A stretch of DNA of 48,435 bases from Chloroflexota bacterium (GCA_005881155.1 VBHN01000199.1:11115-59549); one strand, 5' to 3'. Shown: positions 9,603 to 19,464, counted from the first letter of the stretch. Program-made: numbers and translations. Notes: a model not told the origin generated them from the sequence alone.

Positions 9603-10654
9603 CTCGGCGCCGCCACCCGGTACTTCTCCATGATCCGTTCGATGTAGGCGACGCAGAGGTCCGCGAGGGGACGGCTCTCGATCTCGAGGACGTTCTCGGC
9701 GTTCAGCTCACCGCTGTGGGAGAGGTTGAAGCTTCCTACGAAGACCGTGTCGTCGGCAACTGTCAGCTTCGCGTGCATGAAGTCATGGACCGAGCCCGGC
9801 GCGTAGGGCGTGGTGACCTTGGAGGCGAAGAGCCCGCTCTCCTCGACCGTCTTGAAGGCCTCCAGCTTCCAGGCCGAGAGGCTGTTCTGCGACCACTGGA
9901 ACTTGACCTCCTCCATCTGGGTGCGGTCGTAGATGCCCTTCAGGTCGGCTCGCGGGGACTTGATCAGCTCGGCCAGCGTGCCCAGCACCGGACCGGCGGT
10001 GAGGACCGGCGAGGCGATCCGGATCCTCCGGCTGGCGATCGCGATCCGGTGCGCGATCTCATGCGTCATCTTCTGGCCGCGACCCGGTGAGAAGAAGGGC
10101 CGGGCGCGGGCCGCCGCCAGCTCGACCCAGGGCGCCGAAAAGTGACCGGAGGCGGCCACCTTGCGGGTCGTCCAGAGCTCCTCGAAGTCCTGCCTGTACG
10201 AGGCGGCCAGGCCCGGCGAGGCGACGCGGACGATCACGTTCTCCTCCCGCGTCCAGGAGTCGGTGGTCCAGTTGGTGGACCCGGTCCAGACCACCGCCGC
10301 GTCGCGCACGACGTACTTGTGGTGCATAAGGTCCGGCACGCCGCTGATCGGGTGAAAGGGCACGTCCATCTGCTTGACCAGGTCCCAGTCAACCTCGCTG
10401 GGGGGCGGCACCGGTCGCTTCTTCGGATGGTCCTGGTTGAACACGATCCGCACCATCACGCCCCGCGCGGCGGCCGCTTTGACGGCCGCGAGCAGGAGCT
10501 CCGCCGGGGGCCCCGCCAGCCTAAGGTCGTAGATCGCGATCTCCAGCGTGGACCGTGCCTCGCCGATGAAGCCGGCCAGCAGGGCGGCAGTGCCGTCGGC
10601 GCTCTGGGCGCCGTCCTCGAGGAAGGCGAACTCGATCGGCGGTGCTGGCTGCAA
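9599..10654 (-). CDS. phospholipase D-like (HKD superfamily) protein
   Basis: Two HKD motifs are present: HHKYVVRD...GSTNWT and HAKLTVADD...GSFNLS. No TM segment is apparent. TTG start at 10654 lies 3 nt after the LOG stop. Confidence 0.8.
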   Translation of the reverse strand: MQPAPPIEFAFLEDGAQSADGTAALLAGFIGEARSTLEIAIYDLRLAGPPAELLLAAVKAAAARGVMVRIVFNQDHPKKRPVPPPSEVDWDLVKQMDVPFHPISGVPDLMHHKYVVRDAAVVWTGSTNWTTDSWTREENVIVRVASPGLAASYRQDFEELWTTRKVAASGHFSAPWVELAAARARPFFSPGRGQKMTHEIAHRIAIASRRIRIASPVLTAGPVLGTLAELIKSPRADLKGIYDRTQMEEVKFQWSQNSLSAWKLEAFKTVEESGLFASKVTTPYAPGSVHDFMHAKLTVADDTVFVGSFNLSHSGELNAENVLEIESRPLADLCVAYIERIMEKYRVAAPR

Positions 10655-10657
10655 GCT

Positions 10658-11410
10658 CTAGGTGCTGTGGTCCGCGTCGGGTCCGCCGGACGGCTCGGGC
10701 CGGGCGCGGGTGGCGACCTCGGCCGCTTCCTCGGGATCGTCGGTGACCAGGACCAGGTCCAGGTCCTGCGCCTGGAGATAGGCGCGAGGCAGGCCCTGGC
10801 TGCGGATCCATTCGAGGAGGCCGGTCCAGTACGCGCGTCCGAAGAGCACGATCGGGAAGTGGTCGATCTTGCCGGTCTGGGCCAGCGTCAGCGACTCGAA
10901 GAGCTCGTCCAGGGTCCCGAAGCCGCCGGGGAAGATGATGAAGCCGCGCGCGTACTTGACGAACATGGTCTTGCGGGCGAAGAAGTAGCGGAACTCCACG
11001 CCCAGGTCCACGTAGTCGTTGATGCCCTGCTCGTCGGGCAGCTCGATGTTGCAGCCGACCGAGAGGCCGCCTGCCTGCTTGCAGCCCTTGTTGGCCGCTT
11101 CCATGATCCCCGGACCGCCGCCGGTGATGACCGCGAAGCCGCGCTCGGCGATGGCCTGCCCGGTGCGCTCTGCCGCCACGTAGTAGGCATCCTCCCGGGG
11201 CGTGCGGGCGGAGCCGAAGATGCTGATCGCCGGGCCGAGCCCGCTCAGCGCGTCGAAGCCTTCGACGAACTCCGACAGGATGCGCAAAGCCCGCCACGGA
11301 TCGGCGTGGTACATCATCTGGTCGAAGGCGTCGCGGTCGAGGAAGGCCTTGTCGGCGAGCGGCTTCGAACGTGGGACGAGGGTGCGACCGGCGCGGCGGC
11401 GTTCGCTCAT
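10658..11410 (-). CDS. LOG-family / TIGR00730 Rossmann-fold nucleotide-binding protein
   Basis: GGGPGIMEAANKG and the signature PGGFGTLDELFE are present. Confidence 0.85.
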   Translation of the reverse strand: MSERRRAGRTLVPRSKPLADKAFLDRDAFDQMMYHADPWRALRILSEFVEGFDALSGLGPAISIFGSARTPREDAYYVAAERTGQAIAERGFAVITGGGPGIMEAANKGCKQAGGLSVGCNIELPDEQGINDYVDLGVEFRYFFARKTMFVKYARGFIIFPGGFGTLDELFESLTLAQTGKIDHFPIVLFGRAYWTGLLEWIRSQGLPRAYLQAQDLDLVLVTDDPEEAAEVATRARPEPSGGPDADHST

Positions 11411-11456
11411 CGATGGACGCCTCTCATCCTAGCGGTGGCTTCCCGACCGGCCGGGG

Positions 11457-12092
11457 TCAGGAAGCGGCCGTCTCGGCTGCCGGCTCGGAGCGGGGCCTGG
11501 AACGCTTGGCCGGGGCCGTCTTGCCGTTGCGCCGCGGGCGGTCCGCGCTGGCCACGGCCACCGGCTGGGTCAGCTCGACGCCGGACAGGCGGGCTCGGCT
11601 CACCTTCTTCTTGGCGGGTGCGGCCAGCAGCTCGGCGGCGGCCGGTTCCCGGGGCAGCCCGCGGTCGTCCTCCGGCTCCACTGCCGCTCGCGCCGGTTCC
11701 GGCAGCAGGTTGGCCTCGATCGGGGTCGTGCCGTCCTCGGGCATCATCAGCACCTTGTCGAGGCTCGACTTGAGCTCCCTCAGCTCGTGCTCCAACTCAT
11801 GCACGCGGCCCCGGTGCCGCATGTGCTCGCTGAAGTGGTGCATGCGAGCCGGCAGGTGATACAGGTAGCCGGCGGCCACCCCGATCACCAGCGGGAGCGT
11901 GGCGATCAGCCAGACGCTGACGCCGTTCAGCGTCCAGTTGAGCACGTAGCCACCCGCCGACGGGATCCGCCAGTGGACCTCGACGGGTGTCACGTTGCTG
12001 AAGATGAAGATCGCGCCGCCGAGTCCGACCGCGATCCCCGCCAGGAAGGCCAGGGCCCGCAGCAGGCGGTGCCAGCGCATCGCCAGATCCAT
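11457..12092 (-). CDS. membrane protein with LapA-like (DUF1049) N-terminal domain, coiled coil and basic disordered tail
   Basis: ATG at 12092 inside ORF 11457..12275 gives MDLAMRWHRLLRALAFLAGIAVGLGG.... Two TM helices are followed by HELEHELRELKSSLDKV and a Pro/Arg/Lys-rich tail. Confidence 0.55.
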   Translation of the reverse strand: MDLAMRWHRLLRALAFLAGIAVGLGGAIFIFSNVTPVEVHWRIPSAGGYVLNWTLNGVSVWLIATLPLVIGVAAGYLYHLPARMHHFSEHMRHRGRVHELEHELRELKSSLDKVLMMPEDGTTPIEANLLPEPARAAVEPEDDRGLPREPAAAELLAAPAKKKVSRARLSGVELTQPVAVASADRPRRNGKTAPAKRSRPRSEPAAETAAS

Positions 12093-12124
12093 AACCGGCC
12101 GGAGCTTACGCTGTTCCCGGGGAC

Positions 12125-12955
12125 TTGCCAATGCAGTTCGGGATCGCGATTTTCGGCACCGACCGCTCGATCGACGTCGGTGAGCTGAGCCGGGAGGTCG
12201 AGGCGCGCGGCTTCGAATCACTCTGGCTGCCCGAGCACACCCACATCCCGGCCAGCCGCGAGACGCCCTATCCAAGCGGTGGCGAGCTGCCCGAGTACTA
12301 CCGGCGGATCCTCGATCCCTTCGTCGCCCTGACCGCCGCCGCGGCCGTCACCACCCGGCTCAAGCTCGGGTTCGGCGTCCTGCTGCTGATCGAGCGAGAC
12401 CCGATCGTCACGGCCAAGGCGGTGGCCAGCCTCGACCACGTCTCGGGTGGGCGCGTCATCCTCGGCGTCGGCGGCGGCTGGAACCTGGAGGAGATGCGCA
12501 ACCACGGGACGGATCCCGGCCGGCGCTTCCGGCTGCTTCGGGAGCGGGTCGAGGCGATGCGCGAGATCTGGTCCAAGGAGGCGGCGGAGTATCACGGCGA
12601 GCTGGTCGACTTCGACCCGATCTGGTCCTGGCCGAAACCGGTCCAGGAGCGGCTTCCGGTGCTGATCGGCGGCAACGCCGAGAACACCCTGAAGCGTGTT
12701 GTCGCTTACGGCGACGGCTGGATCCCGAACGGCCGCCGGGCGCAGCTGCTGGAGATGATCCCCGAGTTCCACCGCCTCTGCGAGGAGTCCGGCCGCGGGC
12801 GGCTGCCGGTCACCGTCTACGGCTCGCGCCGCACGCCGGAGGCGGTCGAGGAGTACCGGAGCCTGGGCGTCGACCGGCTGGTCTTCTGGATGCCCTCGGG
12901 ACCTCGCGACGAGGTGATGCCGGTCCTCGACGAGGTGACGACGCTAACGGGCTAG
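12125..12955 (+). CDS. LLM-class (luciferase-like) F420-dependent oxidoreductase
   Basis: MPMQFGIAIFGTDRSIDVGELSREVEARGFESLWLPEHTHIP... is typical of the TIGR03619-like F420 LLM family. Confidence 0.85.
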   Translation: MPMQFGIAIFGTDRSIDVGELSREVEARGFESLWLPEHTHIPASRETPYPSGGELPEYYRRILDPFVALTAAAAVTTRLKLGFGVLLLIERDPIVTAKAVASLDHVSGGRVILGVGGGWNLEEMRNHGTDPGRRFRLLRERVEAMREIWSKEAAEYHGELVDFDPIWSWPKPVQERLPVLIGGNAENTLKRVVAYGDGWIPNGRRAQLLEMIPEFHRLCEESGRGRLPVTVYGSRRTPEAVEEYRSLGVDRLVFWMPSGPRDEVMPVLDEVTTLTG

Positions 12956-12957
12956 CA

Positions 12958-12987
12958 CGTTTCCGCGCCCGTTTCCGCGCGGAAACG
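12958..12987. terminator. GC-rich palindrome between convergent genes (possible bidirectional terminator)
   Basis: A perfect 18-nt palindrome CGTTTCCGCGCGGAAACG lies at 12970..12987. It is preceded by a second copy of CGTTTCCGCGC at 12958..12968. The element sits exactly between the LLM stop (12955) and the MFS stop (12988). There is no U-tract. Confidence 0.45.
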
Positions 12988-14646
12988 CTAAGACCAGTTC
13001 AGCGACTTGGCGATCGTCCAGGCGAAGAACGCCAGGGCGGCGACCAGCAGGACGGCGAAGATGAATCGGGTCCGTGCGTCCAGGGGCGGATGCTGAGCCT
13101 GCCTGCCCTCCGACTCGGCAAGCAGCCGTTCGCCCTCCGGCAGCGGACGCCGCAGCAGCATGGTGGCCGGTAGCGCGAGAGCGGCCACTCCCGCAGCCAG
13201 CCAGAAGGTGTCGTCGAAGCCTCTCGCCGCGGCACCTCGAATCGCCGGCGGGATGGTGGTCGCCGCCACGGTCTGAGCGCCGCCGGCCAGGCCGTGGACG
13301 GCGGGCAGGTGGGCGGTGATCCGTGCTTCGACGACGGTCGCCAGCACCGCGATCCCGAACGAGGACGAGATCCGCTGGAGCGTGTTGGCGACCGCGGTCG
13401 CCCGCGCGATGGCAGCTTGCGGCAGCGTCACGTAGGCGGCCGCGAAGTTGGGCATCATCGCGAACCCCATGCCGAACCCGCGCGCCGAGGTGATCAGGAT
13501 CCAGCTCCAGTTGTCGGTCCTGGGTGTGATCCCGGTCAGCAGGAGCGTCGCCGCCACCAGCGCCAGGACCCCGCAGAAGACGACCCAGCGCGCGCCGAAG
13601 CGGTCGCTGAGGGTCCCCGAGATCGTCATCGCCGCGGCTGCGGCCAGCCCCTGCGGCGCCAGCAGGAGGCCGGTCTGGAGGGTGTCCTTGCCTTGGATCT
13701 CCTGCATGAAGACCGGCATCAGGAAGACCGCCCCGAAGAGGGCGCTGGCGACGATCACCCCGACCACGATCGAGGCGGTGAAGCCGGCGTCGCCGAAGAC
13801 CCGGAGGTCGAGCAGCGGATGCTCCTGGCGGAGCTCCCAGCCGACGAAGGCGACGACCAGGGCGAAGCCCCCGCCCAAGGACGCCAGCGCCTGCGCGGAT
13901 CCCCAACCGTGGATCGAGGCCTGGGTGAGCCCGTAGATGATCAGGGCCACGCCGGGCGTCGCCAGGAAGAGTCCGACCACGTCGATGGTCCGCTCCTGCC
14001 AGGGCAGCCGCCCCGACTCGAGCAGGAAGTAACCGAGGACCAGGGCGAGGATGCCGGCCGGGAGGTTCACCCAGAAGACCCAGCGCCAGTCGAAGACCTG
14101 GATCAGCCATCCGCCCACGGTGGGCCCGAGGGCAGGCGCGAGCATCATCGGCACGCCCAGGATGGACATCAGCCGGCCCCGCTCCTCGGGGGGCGCCATG
14201 CGCATGATGATCGTCATCCCGACCGGCATCACCATGCCGCCCGCCAGGCCCTGGAGGACGCGGAAGGCGATCTCGGACTGCAGGTTCCAGGCCAGCCCGC
14301 ACAGCGCCGAGGCGAGGGTGAAAGCGACCAGGGTCACCAGGTAGACGCGCTTGGTCCCGAACCGGTCGGACAGGTAGCCGCTGACCGGGATCACCGTCGA
14401 GAGGCCGAGCAGGTAGGCGGTCAGCACCCACTGGACGTCCGTGATGGAGGAGTGGAAGGCGACCTGGAGGTCGGGGACGGCGACGTTGACGACGGTGCTG
14501 GAGAGGATCGACGCCGCCGAGCCGAGCGCGATCACGCCCGCAGCGGTGAACAGGTAGCGCTTGCCGTGGCGCGGCGGCGCGGGAGCGGGCGGTGCGGGGA
14601 CGGGCTCGGCGGGCGGGCTGAACAGGCCCTGGGCGGGCTGCCTCAT
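12988..14646 (-). CDS. MFS transporter, DHA2 (EmrB/QacA, 14-TM) family
   Basis: Fourteen-plus hydrophobic segments are present, with MFS motifs such as SGYLSDRFGTKRVY. One extra C-terminal TM helix is present. Confidence 0.85.
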   Translation of the reverse strand: MRQPAQGLFSPPAEPVPAPPAPAPPRHGKRYLFTAAGVIALGSAASILSSTVVNVAVPDLQVAFHSSITDVQWVLTAYLLGLSTVIPVSGYLSDRFGTKRVYLVTLVAFTLASALCGLAWNLQSEIAFRVLQGLAGGMVMPVGMTIIMRMAPPEERGRLMSILGVPMMLAPALGPTVGGWLIQVFDWRWVFWVNLPAGILALVLGYFLLESGRLPWQERTIDVVGLFLATPGVALIIYGLTQASIHGWGSAQALASLGGGFALVVAFVGWELRQEHPLLDLRVFGDAGFTASIVVGVIVASALFGAVFLMPVFMQEIQGKDTLQTGLLLAPQGLAAAAAMTISGTLSDRFGARWVVFCGVLALVAATLLLTGITPRTDNWSWILITSARGFGMGFAMMPNFAAAYVTLPQAAIARATAVANTLQRISSSFGIAVLATVVEARITAHLPAVHGLAGGAQTVAATTIPPAIRGAAARGFDDTFWLAAGVAALALPATMLLRRPLPEGERLLAESEGRQAQHPPLDARTRFIFAVLLVAALAFFAWTIAKSLNWS

Positions 14647-14672
14647 TCCATCACCGTATCGTTTGCAACAGG

Positions 14673-15428
14673 GTGAGCGAGCCGATCATTTCCGAGGCCG
14701 CCGGCCCCGTGACCATCCTCCGGATGAATCACGGGAAGGCCAACGCCCTCGACCTCAAGCTGCTGGACTCCCTCAGCGCGCTCTTCACGGACCTGCGCGC
14801 GGCGCCCGCCGTGGTCCTGACCGGGACCGGCGGCATCTTCTCGGCCGGCGTCGACCTCTACCAGGTGGCGGCCGGCGGGCGCGCCTACCTGGATGAGTTC
14901 ATGCCCAGGCTGCGGGAGACCTTCGACATCCTCTTCTCCTTCCCGCGGCCACTGGTCGCGGCTGTCAACGGGCACGCCGTCGCCGGTGGCTGCGTGCTGG
15001 CCCAGACCGCCGACCTGCGCGTGATGAGCGCCGGGCCGGGGCGAATCGGCGTCACCGAGCTGCTGGTCGGCGTCCCCTTCCCCGTCGACGCGCTGGAGAT
15101 CATGCGTTTTGGCGCCGGTCCGGCCCTGCCGGCGATGGTGTTCAGCGGCCGCACCCACCCACCCCAACGCGCGCTCGAAATGGGACTGGTCGACGAGCTG
15201 GCGGAGCCGGAGGTCGTCCTCGACCGAGCCGTGGCCGCGGCGGCCGGGCTGGCGGCGGTCCCGGCGCGGACGTTCGAGCTGACCAAGCTCGAGCTGCGCC
15301 GGCCTTACCTGGAGGCGATCCGCCTGCACTCGGGCGCCGTCGATCCCGAGGTGGAGGCCGCATGGAAGTCGGACGCGGCCCTGACGGCGATCCAGTCTTA
15401 CGTCAACGGGCTGCGCAAACGACCCTGA
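14673..15428 (+). CDS. enoyl-CoA hydratase/isomerase (crotonase) family protein
   Basis: Crotonase fold signatures are present: VVLTGTGGIFSAGVDL and VAAVNGHAVAGGCVLA. Confidence 0.85.
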   Translation: MSEPIISEAAGPVTILRMNHGKANALDLKLLDSLSALFTDLRAAPAVVLTGTGGIFSAGVDLYQVAAGGRAYLDEFMPRLRETFDILFSFPRPLVAAVNGHAVAGGCVLAQTADLRVMSAGPGRIGVTELLVGVPFPVDALEIMRFGAGPALPAMVFSGRTHPPQRALEMGLVDELAEPEVVLDRAVAAAAGLAAVPARTFELTKLELRRPYLEAIRLHSGAVDPEVEAAWKSDAALTAIQSYVNGLRKRP

Positions 15429-15439
15429 TGACGAGGCAA

Positions 15440-15470
15440 GGGGGGCAAGTCCCCCCTTCCGGAACCCCCC
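15440..15470. repeat. short G6/C6 element (possible internally deleted relative of the 63-nt repeat)
   Basis: The sequence is GGGGGG-CAAGT-CCCCCC-TTCCGGAA-CCCCCC, in the 76-nt gap between the convergent crotonase and nudC genes. It has the same G6..C6..C6 layout and the T(T/G)CCGG junction seen in the copies at 32090 and 46989. Confidence 0.4.
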
Positions 15471-15504
15471 TCGCAGCACCGCGTTTTGCTTCGATTGGCA
15501 GGAC

Positions 15505-16344
15505 TCAAACGGCCGGGGTGAACCCGGCCTTCGCACGCTCTAGATGGCCGTCGATCAGCCGCCTGGCCAGGCTGAAGGGGCCGGGCAGCTGCGGCAGTTC
15601 CTCGGGCCCGAACCAGCCGGCGTCGACGATCTCGGAGTCCTGGACCCTGATCTCGCCCGCTCGGTGGCGCGCGTTGAAGCCGATCATCAGCTGGCTCGGA
15701 AAGGGCCAGGGCTGGCTGGCGAAGTAGGCGATCGCCTCGATCTCGACGCCGACCTCCTCCTCGACCTCCCTGGCGACGGCCTCCTCGAGCGATTCGCCAG
15801 GTTCGACGAAGCCGGCCAGGCAGCTGTAGAAGGGACCGCGAAAGAGCTTGTTGCGCGCCAGCAGCAGCTTGCCCTCGCGCTCCACCAGCATGATCACGGC
15901 GGGGTTGATGCGCGGGAAGTAGGTGGCGCCGCAGCTCGGACAGCCGCGGGCGCGCTCCTTGGCGACCAGCTCGGTCGGCGTCCCGCAGCGGCCGCAGAAG
16001 GCGTGGCTCGAATACCACTCCAGGATCTGGAAGGCGCGTCCGGCGACGCCGTGGATCGGCTCTTCGAGGCGCCCGAAGAGATCACGGAGGCCGGTGAGGA
16101 CAAAGCCGTCCGCCAGCGCCGGCTCCGCCGGCAGGGGAATCGCGAAGCAGGGCCGGCCGTCCAGCCGGCCCAGGTAGATGTGGGCGGACGCGCCGGCCAG
16201 CGCCGGCCCGACCTCGCCGGAGAGCGGCGCCTCGGCTCGGTCGTCGTGGCGCCTGACCAGGAGACGCCCCTCGTGGAAGGCGAAGACGAGGGCGTCCGGG
16301 CCCGGGGTCGCCTCGAGGTCGATCTCGGCCTGGAAGCTGCTCAG
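15505..16344 (-). CDS. nudC: NAD+ diphosphatase (NADH pyrophosphatase), Nudix family
   Basis: The Zn ribbon CGRCG...CPSCG and the Nudix box [22 protein letters not shown] are present. The 5' end is uncertain. The only ATG/GTG/TTG is at 16506, deep inside ftsH. A CTG at 16344 overlaps the ftsH TGA. Confidence 0.8.
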   Translation of the reverse strand: MSSFQAEIDLEATPGPDALVFAFHEGRLLVRRHDDRAEAPLSGEVGPALAGASAHIYLGRLDGRPCFAIPLPAEPALADGFVLTGLRDLFGRLEEPIHGVAGRAFQILEWYSSHAFCGRCGTPTELVAKERARGCPSCGATYFPRINPAVIMLVEREGKLLLARNKLFRGPFYSCLAGFVEPGESLEEAVAREVEEEVGVEIEAIAYFASQPWPFPSQLMIGFNARHRAGEIRVQDSEIVDAGWFGPEELPQLPGPFSLARRLIDGHLERAKAGFTPAV

Positions 16345-18326
16345 GCGGTGCGCCCTTCCACCGTGGCGCCGACCGCGGGCGGGGTCAGCCCGGTCACCTC
16401 CAGGATCTCCTTCTCCTCCAGCGAGTCGTGCTCGAGGAGGGCGCCGGCCAGCTTGTCGAGCCGGTCGCGGTTGGAGTTGAGCAGGCGGTTGGCCTCGGTG
16501 AAGCATTCCTCGACGATCCGTTTCATCTCCTCGTCGATCAGCTTCGCCGTGGCTTCGCTGTAGGAGCGCTGGACCAGCATCGGGTTCTCACCGTCCTGGC
16601 CCGAGAAGTTGAGCGGGCCGACCTTGGGGCTCATCCCCCACCGGACGACCATCTCGTGCGCGATCCGGGTCACCTGCTGGAGGTCGTTCTCGGCGCCGGT
16701 CGAGACGACCCCGTAGACGATGCTCTCCGCGCCTCTGCCGCCAAGGGCTCCCACGATCCGCGCCCGCAGGTAGTCCTCGCCGTAGTTGAAGCGGTCGTCG
16801 ATGGGGCTCTGCACAGTGACCCCGAGTGCTATTCCGCGAGGGATGATGGTCACCTTGCGGACCGGGTCCGCGCCCGGCACCAGCAGCCCGAGCAGGGCGT
16901 GGCCGGACTCGTGGTAGGCCACCCGCTCGCGGTCCAGCTTCGACATCACGACCTTTCGCTCGGGCCCCAGCAGCACCTTCTCGAGCGCGCTCTGGAAGTC
17001 CGCTTGGCTCACCGCCGTCTCGCCCCGGCGGGCGGCCAGCAGCGCCGCCTCGTTGACCAGGTTGCGGAGGTCGGCGCCGACCGAGCCAGGCGTCTGGGCC
17101 GCCAGCTCGTCCAGGTTGACGTCCGGCCCGAGAGGCACGTTCCGGGTGTGGATGCGCAGGATCGCGGCCCGGCCGCGGCGGTCGGGCGGCTGAACGACCA
17201 CCCGGCGGTCGAACCGTCCCGGGCGAAGCAGGGCCGGGTCCAGGACGTCGGAGCGGTTGGTGGCGGCCAGCACGATCACGCCCTCCCGGGAGTCGAACCC
17301 GTCCATCTCGGTCAGGATCTGGTTGAGCGTCTGCTCCTGCTCGTCGTTGCCGCCCATGCGCAGGGCCGCTCCTCGGCTCCGGCCGATGGCGTCCAGCTCA
17401 TCGATGAAGATGATGGCCGGCGCGGCCGCCCTCGCCTTGGCGAAGAGGTCGCGCACCCGGGCCGCCCCGACACCGACGATCGCCTCCACGAACTCCGACG
17501 CGGACTGGCTGAAGAAGGGCACGCCGGCCTCCCCTGCCACGGCGCGCGCCAGCAGCGTCTTGCCGGTGCCTGGCGGGCCCACCAGCAGGACGCCTTTGGG
17601 CATGGTGCCGCCCAGTCGCTGGTACTTGGTGGGTTCGCGCAGGAAGTCGACCACCTCCTGCAGCTCCGCCTTGACCTCGTCGATCCCGGCCACGTCGGCG
17701 AAGGTGGTCGTGGGCCGCTCCTGGTCGAAGAGCCGGGCCCGGCTCTGGCCGAACTGGCCCAGGATCCCTCCCGAGCCCATCGACGCCCGCCGGCTGATGT
17801 AGAGGAAGAGGGCGACCAGCAGGATCGTCGGGCCGACGTTGAAGAGCAGGGTCAGCCAGAGCGGCGTCTGGTCGGTCGCCGGCCGGGCGTACTGGATGAC
17901 GTCGTGCGAGTCGAGCATCGCCTCCAGCCCGCTGCCGGCGTAGACGGGGACCTCAGTCGCGAAATGGGTGGCGCTGTCCTTGCCGTTGATGTCCTTGACG
18001 GCCTGGTGGGTGCTGCCGGTGACCGAGTTGCCGATGGCGGTGATGCTGCTGACGTTGCCGTCCGTCACCTGGCGCTTGAACTCGGTGTAGGAGATGTTCA
18101 CCGACTTCGGCTGGCTGGGCTGGAAGAGCAGGTTGCTGATCAGGACGTTGGCGACCAGCAGGATCAGCAGGGTCACCCAGAAGCGCGGGCTCCGAAACTG
18201 GGATCCAAGCGAGGGCGGGGCGTTCTTGGGCGGGGCGTTCTTGTCAGGCACTCCGTTGCGGCCCAAGGGCGGGCGCGGGGCGGGCCCGGGTGCGGTGCCT
18301 GGCGGCTTGGCTGCCATCGGAGTCAT
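16341..18326 (-). CDS. ftsH: ATP-dependent zinc metalloprotease FtsH
   Basis: Two N-terminal TM helices are followed by the AAA+ Walker A GPPGTGKT, Walker B IIFIDELD and the zinc site HESGHA. Confidence 0.95.
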   Translation of the reverse strand: MTPMAAKPPGTAPGPAPRPPLGRNGVPDKNAPPKNAPPSLGSQFRSPRFWVTLLILLVANVLISNLLFQPSQPKSVNISYTEFKRQVTDGNVSSITAIGNSVTGSTHQAVKDINGKDSATHFATEVPVYAGSGLEAMLDSHDVIQYARPATDQTPLWLTLLFNVGPTILLVALFLYISRRASMGSGGILGQFGQSRARLFDQERPTTTFADVAGIDEVKAELQEVVDFLREPTKYQRLGGTMPKGVLLVGPPGTGKTLLARAVAGEAGVPFFSQSASEFVEAIVGVGAARVRDLFAKARAAAPAIIFIDELDAIGRSRGAALRMGGNDEQEQTLNQILTEMDGFDSREGVIVLAATNRSDVLDPALLRPGRFDRRVVVQPPDRRGRAAILRIHTRNVPLGPDVNLDELAAQTPGSVGADLRNLVNEAALLAARRGETAVSQADFQSALEKVLLGPERKVVMSKLDRERVAYHESGHALLGLLVPGADPVRKVTIIPRGIALGVTVQSPIDDRFNYGEDYLRARIVGALGGRGAESIVYGVVSTGAENDLQQVTRIAHEMVVRWGMSPKVGPLNFSGQDGENPMLVQRSYSEATAKLIDEEMKRIVEECFTEANRLLNSNRDRLDKLAGALLEHDSLEEKEILEVTGLTPPAVGATVEGRTA

Positions 18327-18353
18327 TCTGCGCGCCGCGGCGCGCGCCCCGTC

Positions 18354-18788
18354 TCAGCCCCGGCGGTGGAGGACGATGACCGGGATCTTGCGGGCGGTCC
18401 GGCGCTGGTAGTCGGCAAAGCCCGGCATCACCTTCGCCTGGGCCGCGAAGAGGCGCTCGTGCTCCTCGCCGGTCGCGACGCGCGCCCTGGCGGTGAACTT
18501 CTCGCCCAGGACCTCCACCGTGACCTCAGGATTGGCGACCAGGTTGTGGTACCAGCTCGGATTCTCGGGCGAGCCGCCCTTGGAGGCGATGACCACGTAG
18601 TCGTCGCCGGTTCGCGTGAAGGCGAGGGGGTTCTCGCGACGCTGGCCGGACTTGGCGCCGGTGGTGGTCAGGATCAGGACCGGTCGGCCCTGGAAGGGGC
18701 CCGAGGTCGCTTGGCCTTGATTCGCGCGGAGGTCGGCGATCAAGGCCTCGTTGAAGGATTCATAACGATTGCTGGTTTCGGTGCTCAC
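18354..18788 (-). CDS. deazaflavin (F420H2)-dependent nitroreductase family protein (DDN/DUF385)
   Basis: GGSPENPSWYHNLVANPEVTVEV is the hallmark of the family. The size is typical at 144 aa. Confidence 0.8.
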   Translation of the reverse strand: MSTETSNRYESFNEALIADLRANQGQATSGPFQGRPVLILTTTGAKSGQRRENPLAFTRTGDDYVVIASKGGSPENPSWYHNLVANPEVTVEVLGEKFTARARVATGEEHERLFAAQAKVMPGFADYQRRTARKIPVIVLHRRG

Positions 18789-18825
18789 GCTGGGTGGAAA
18801 CCGCTTGCGCGGTCAACTACATTCC

Positions 18826-18972
18826 CTACGGGTTGGGAGTCTGCGACCAGCCCGGTGGTGGCGGCAAGGTCGGGCCGTTGCTCTGCGTGCCGGCGTACCA
18901 GGCGATCCACCAAGCCGCGTAAGCCACGCCGACGAACGCGATCAAGGCGAACAGTCCACGGAAGATCCGCAT
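18826..18972 (-). CDS. small hypothetical membrane protein (48 aa)
   Basis: ATG at 18972 gives MRIFRGLFALIAFVGVAYAAWWIAWY..., one TM helix and a Pro-rich tail. GC3 is high in this frame. I recognise no homology. Confidence 0.4.
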   Translation of the reverse strand: MRIFRGLFALIAFVGVAYAAWWIAWYAGTQSNGPTLPPPPGWSQTPNP

Positions 18973-19011
18973 CTCGCTTCGCGGGGATGGTAGCGGTCCA
19001 GCCGGCAACCG

Positions 19012-19464
19012 TCAGGGGCAGCGGATGTCGCCAAAGAGGTGGCGGTGCGGCTCGGCCGGGAAGCTGGTGCTCTCCAGGTTGAGGTCGAAGGTCACGCCCC
19101 GGTTCGCCGCGAAACCGCTTGTCCAGCCCGTCGCCTTGCCCGAGTTGCTCTTGCCGGCCACGTAGTAAGTGTTGTTGGCCTGGAAGGTCACCGAGCTGCC
19201 GTACCACTCCAGCAGGATCAGACGGCCGCCGGCCGAGTTTCCGCCGACGTCCAAGTTGCATTCGATGATCAGCCCGGGGTTGTGCTGGAGGACCCTTGCG
19301 CGAAGGCTCTCACAGGTATCCGTTTGACTTCGCGTGCAGATGCCGGCGATCTGCAGCTCCTCGCCGTCCAGGTAGACGTGAGTGTCGGGCGAGGACGGCG
19401 CCGGCGAGCACGACACCACCGCCGCGCACGCCAACAATGCCAAAACAGCTTGCCGAAGCCGCAT
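19012..19464 (-). CDS. hypothetical lipoprotein
   Basis: The signal peptide with lipobox MRLRQAVLALLACAAVVSC is present. The mature part is Cys-rich. I recognise no family. Confidence 0.6.
   Translation of the reverse strand: MRLRQAVLALLACAAVVSCSPAPSSPDTHVYLDGEELQIAGICTRSQTDTCESLRARVLQHNPGLIIECNLDVGGNSAGGRLILLEWYGSSVTFQANNTYYVAGKSNSGKATGWTSGFAANRGVTFDLNLESTSFPAEPHRHLFGDIRCP

Noticed and set aside
16428-19082. An 884-aa plus-strand ORF, the longest ORF in this part of the track.
   Set aside because: It runs antisense to ftsH and the DDN-family gene. It is extremely Arg/Gly/Asp/Pro-rich with no recognisable motifs. This is the usual shadow ORF of high-GC DNA, where stop codons are rare on the complement of GC3-rich genes.
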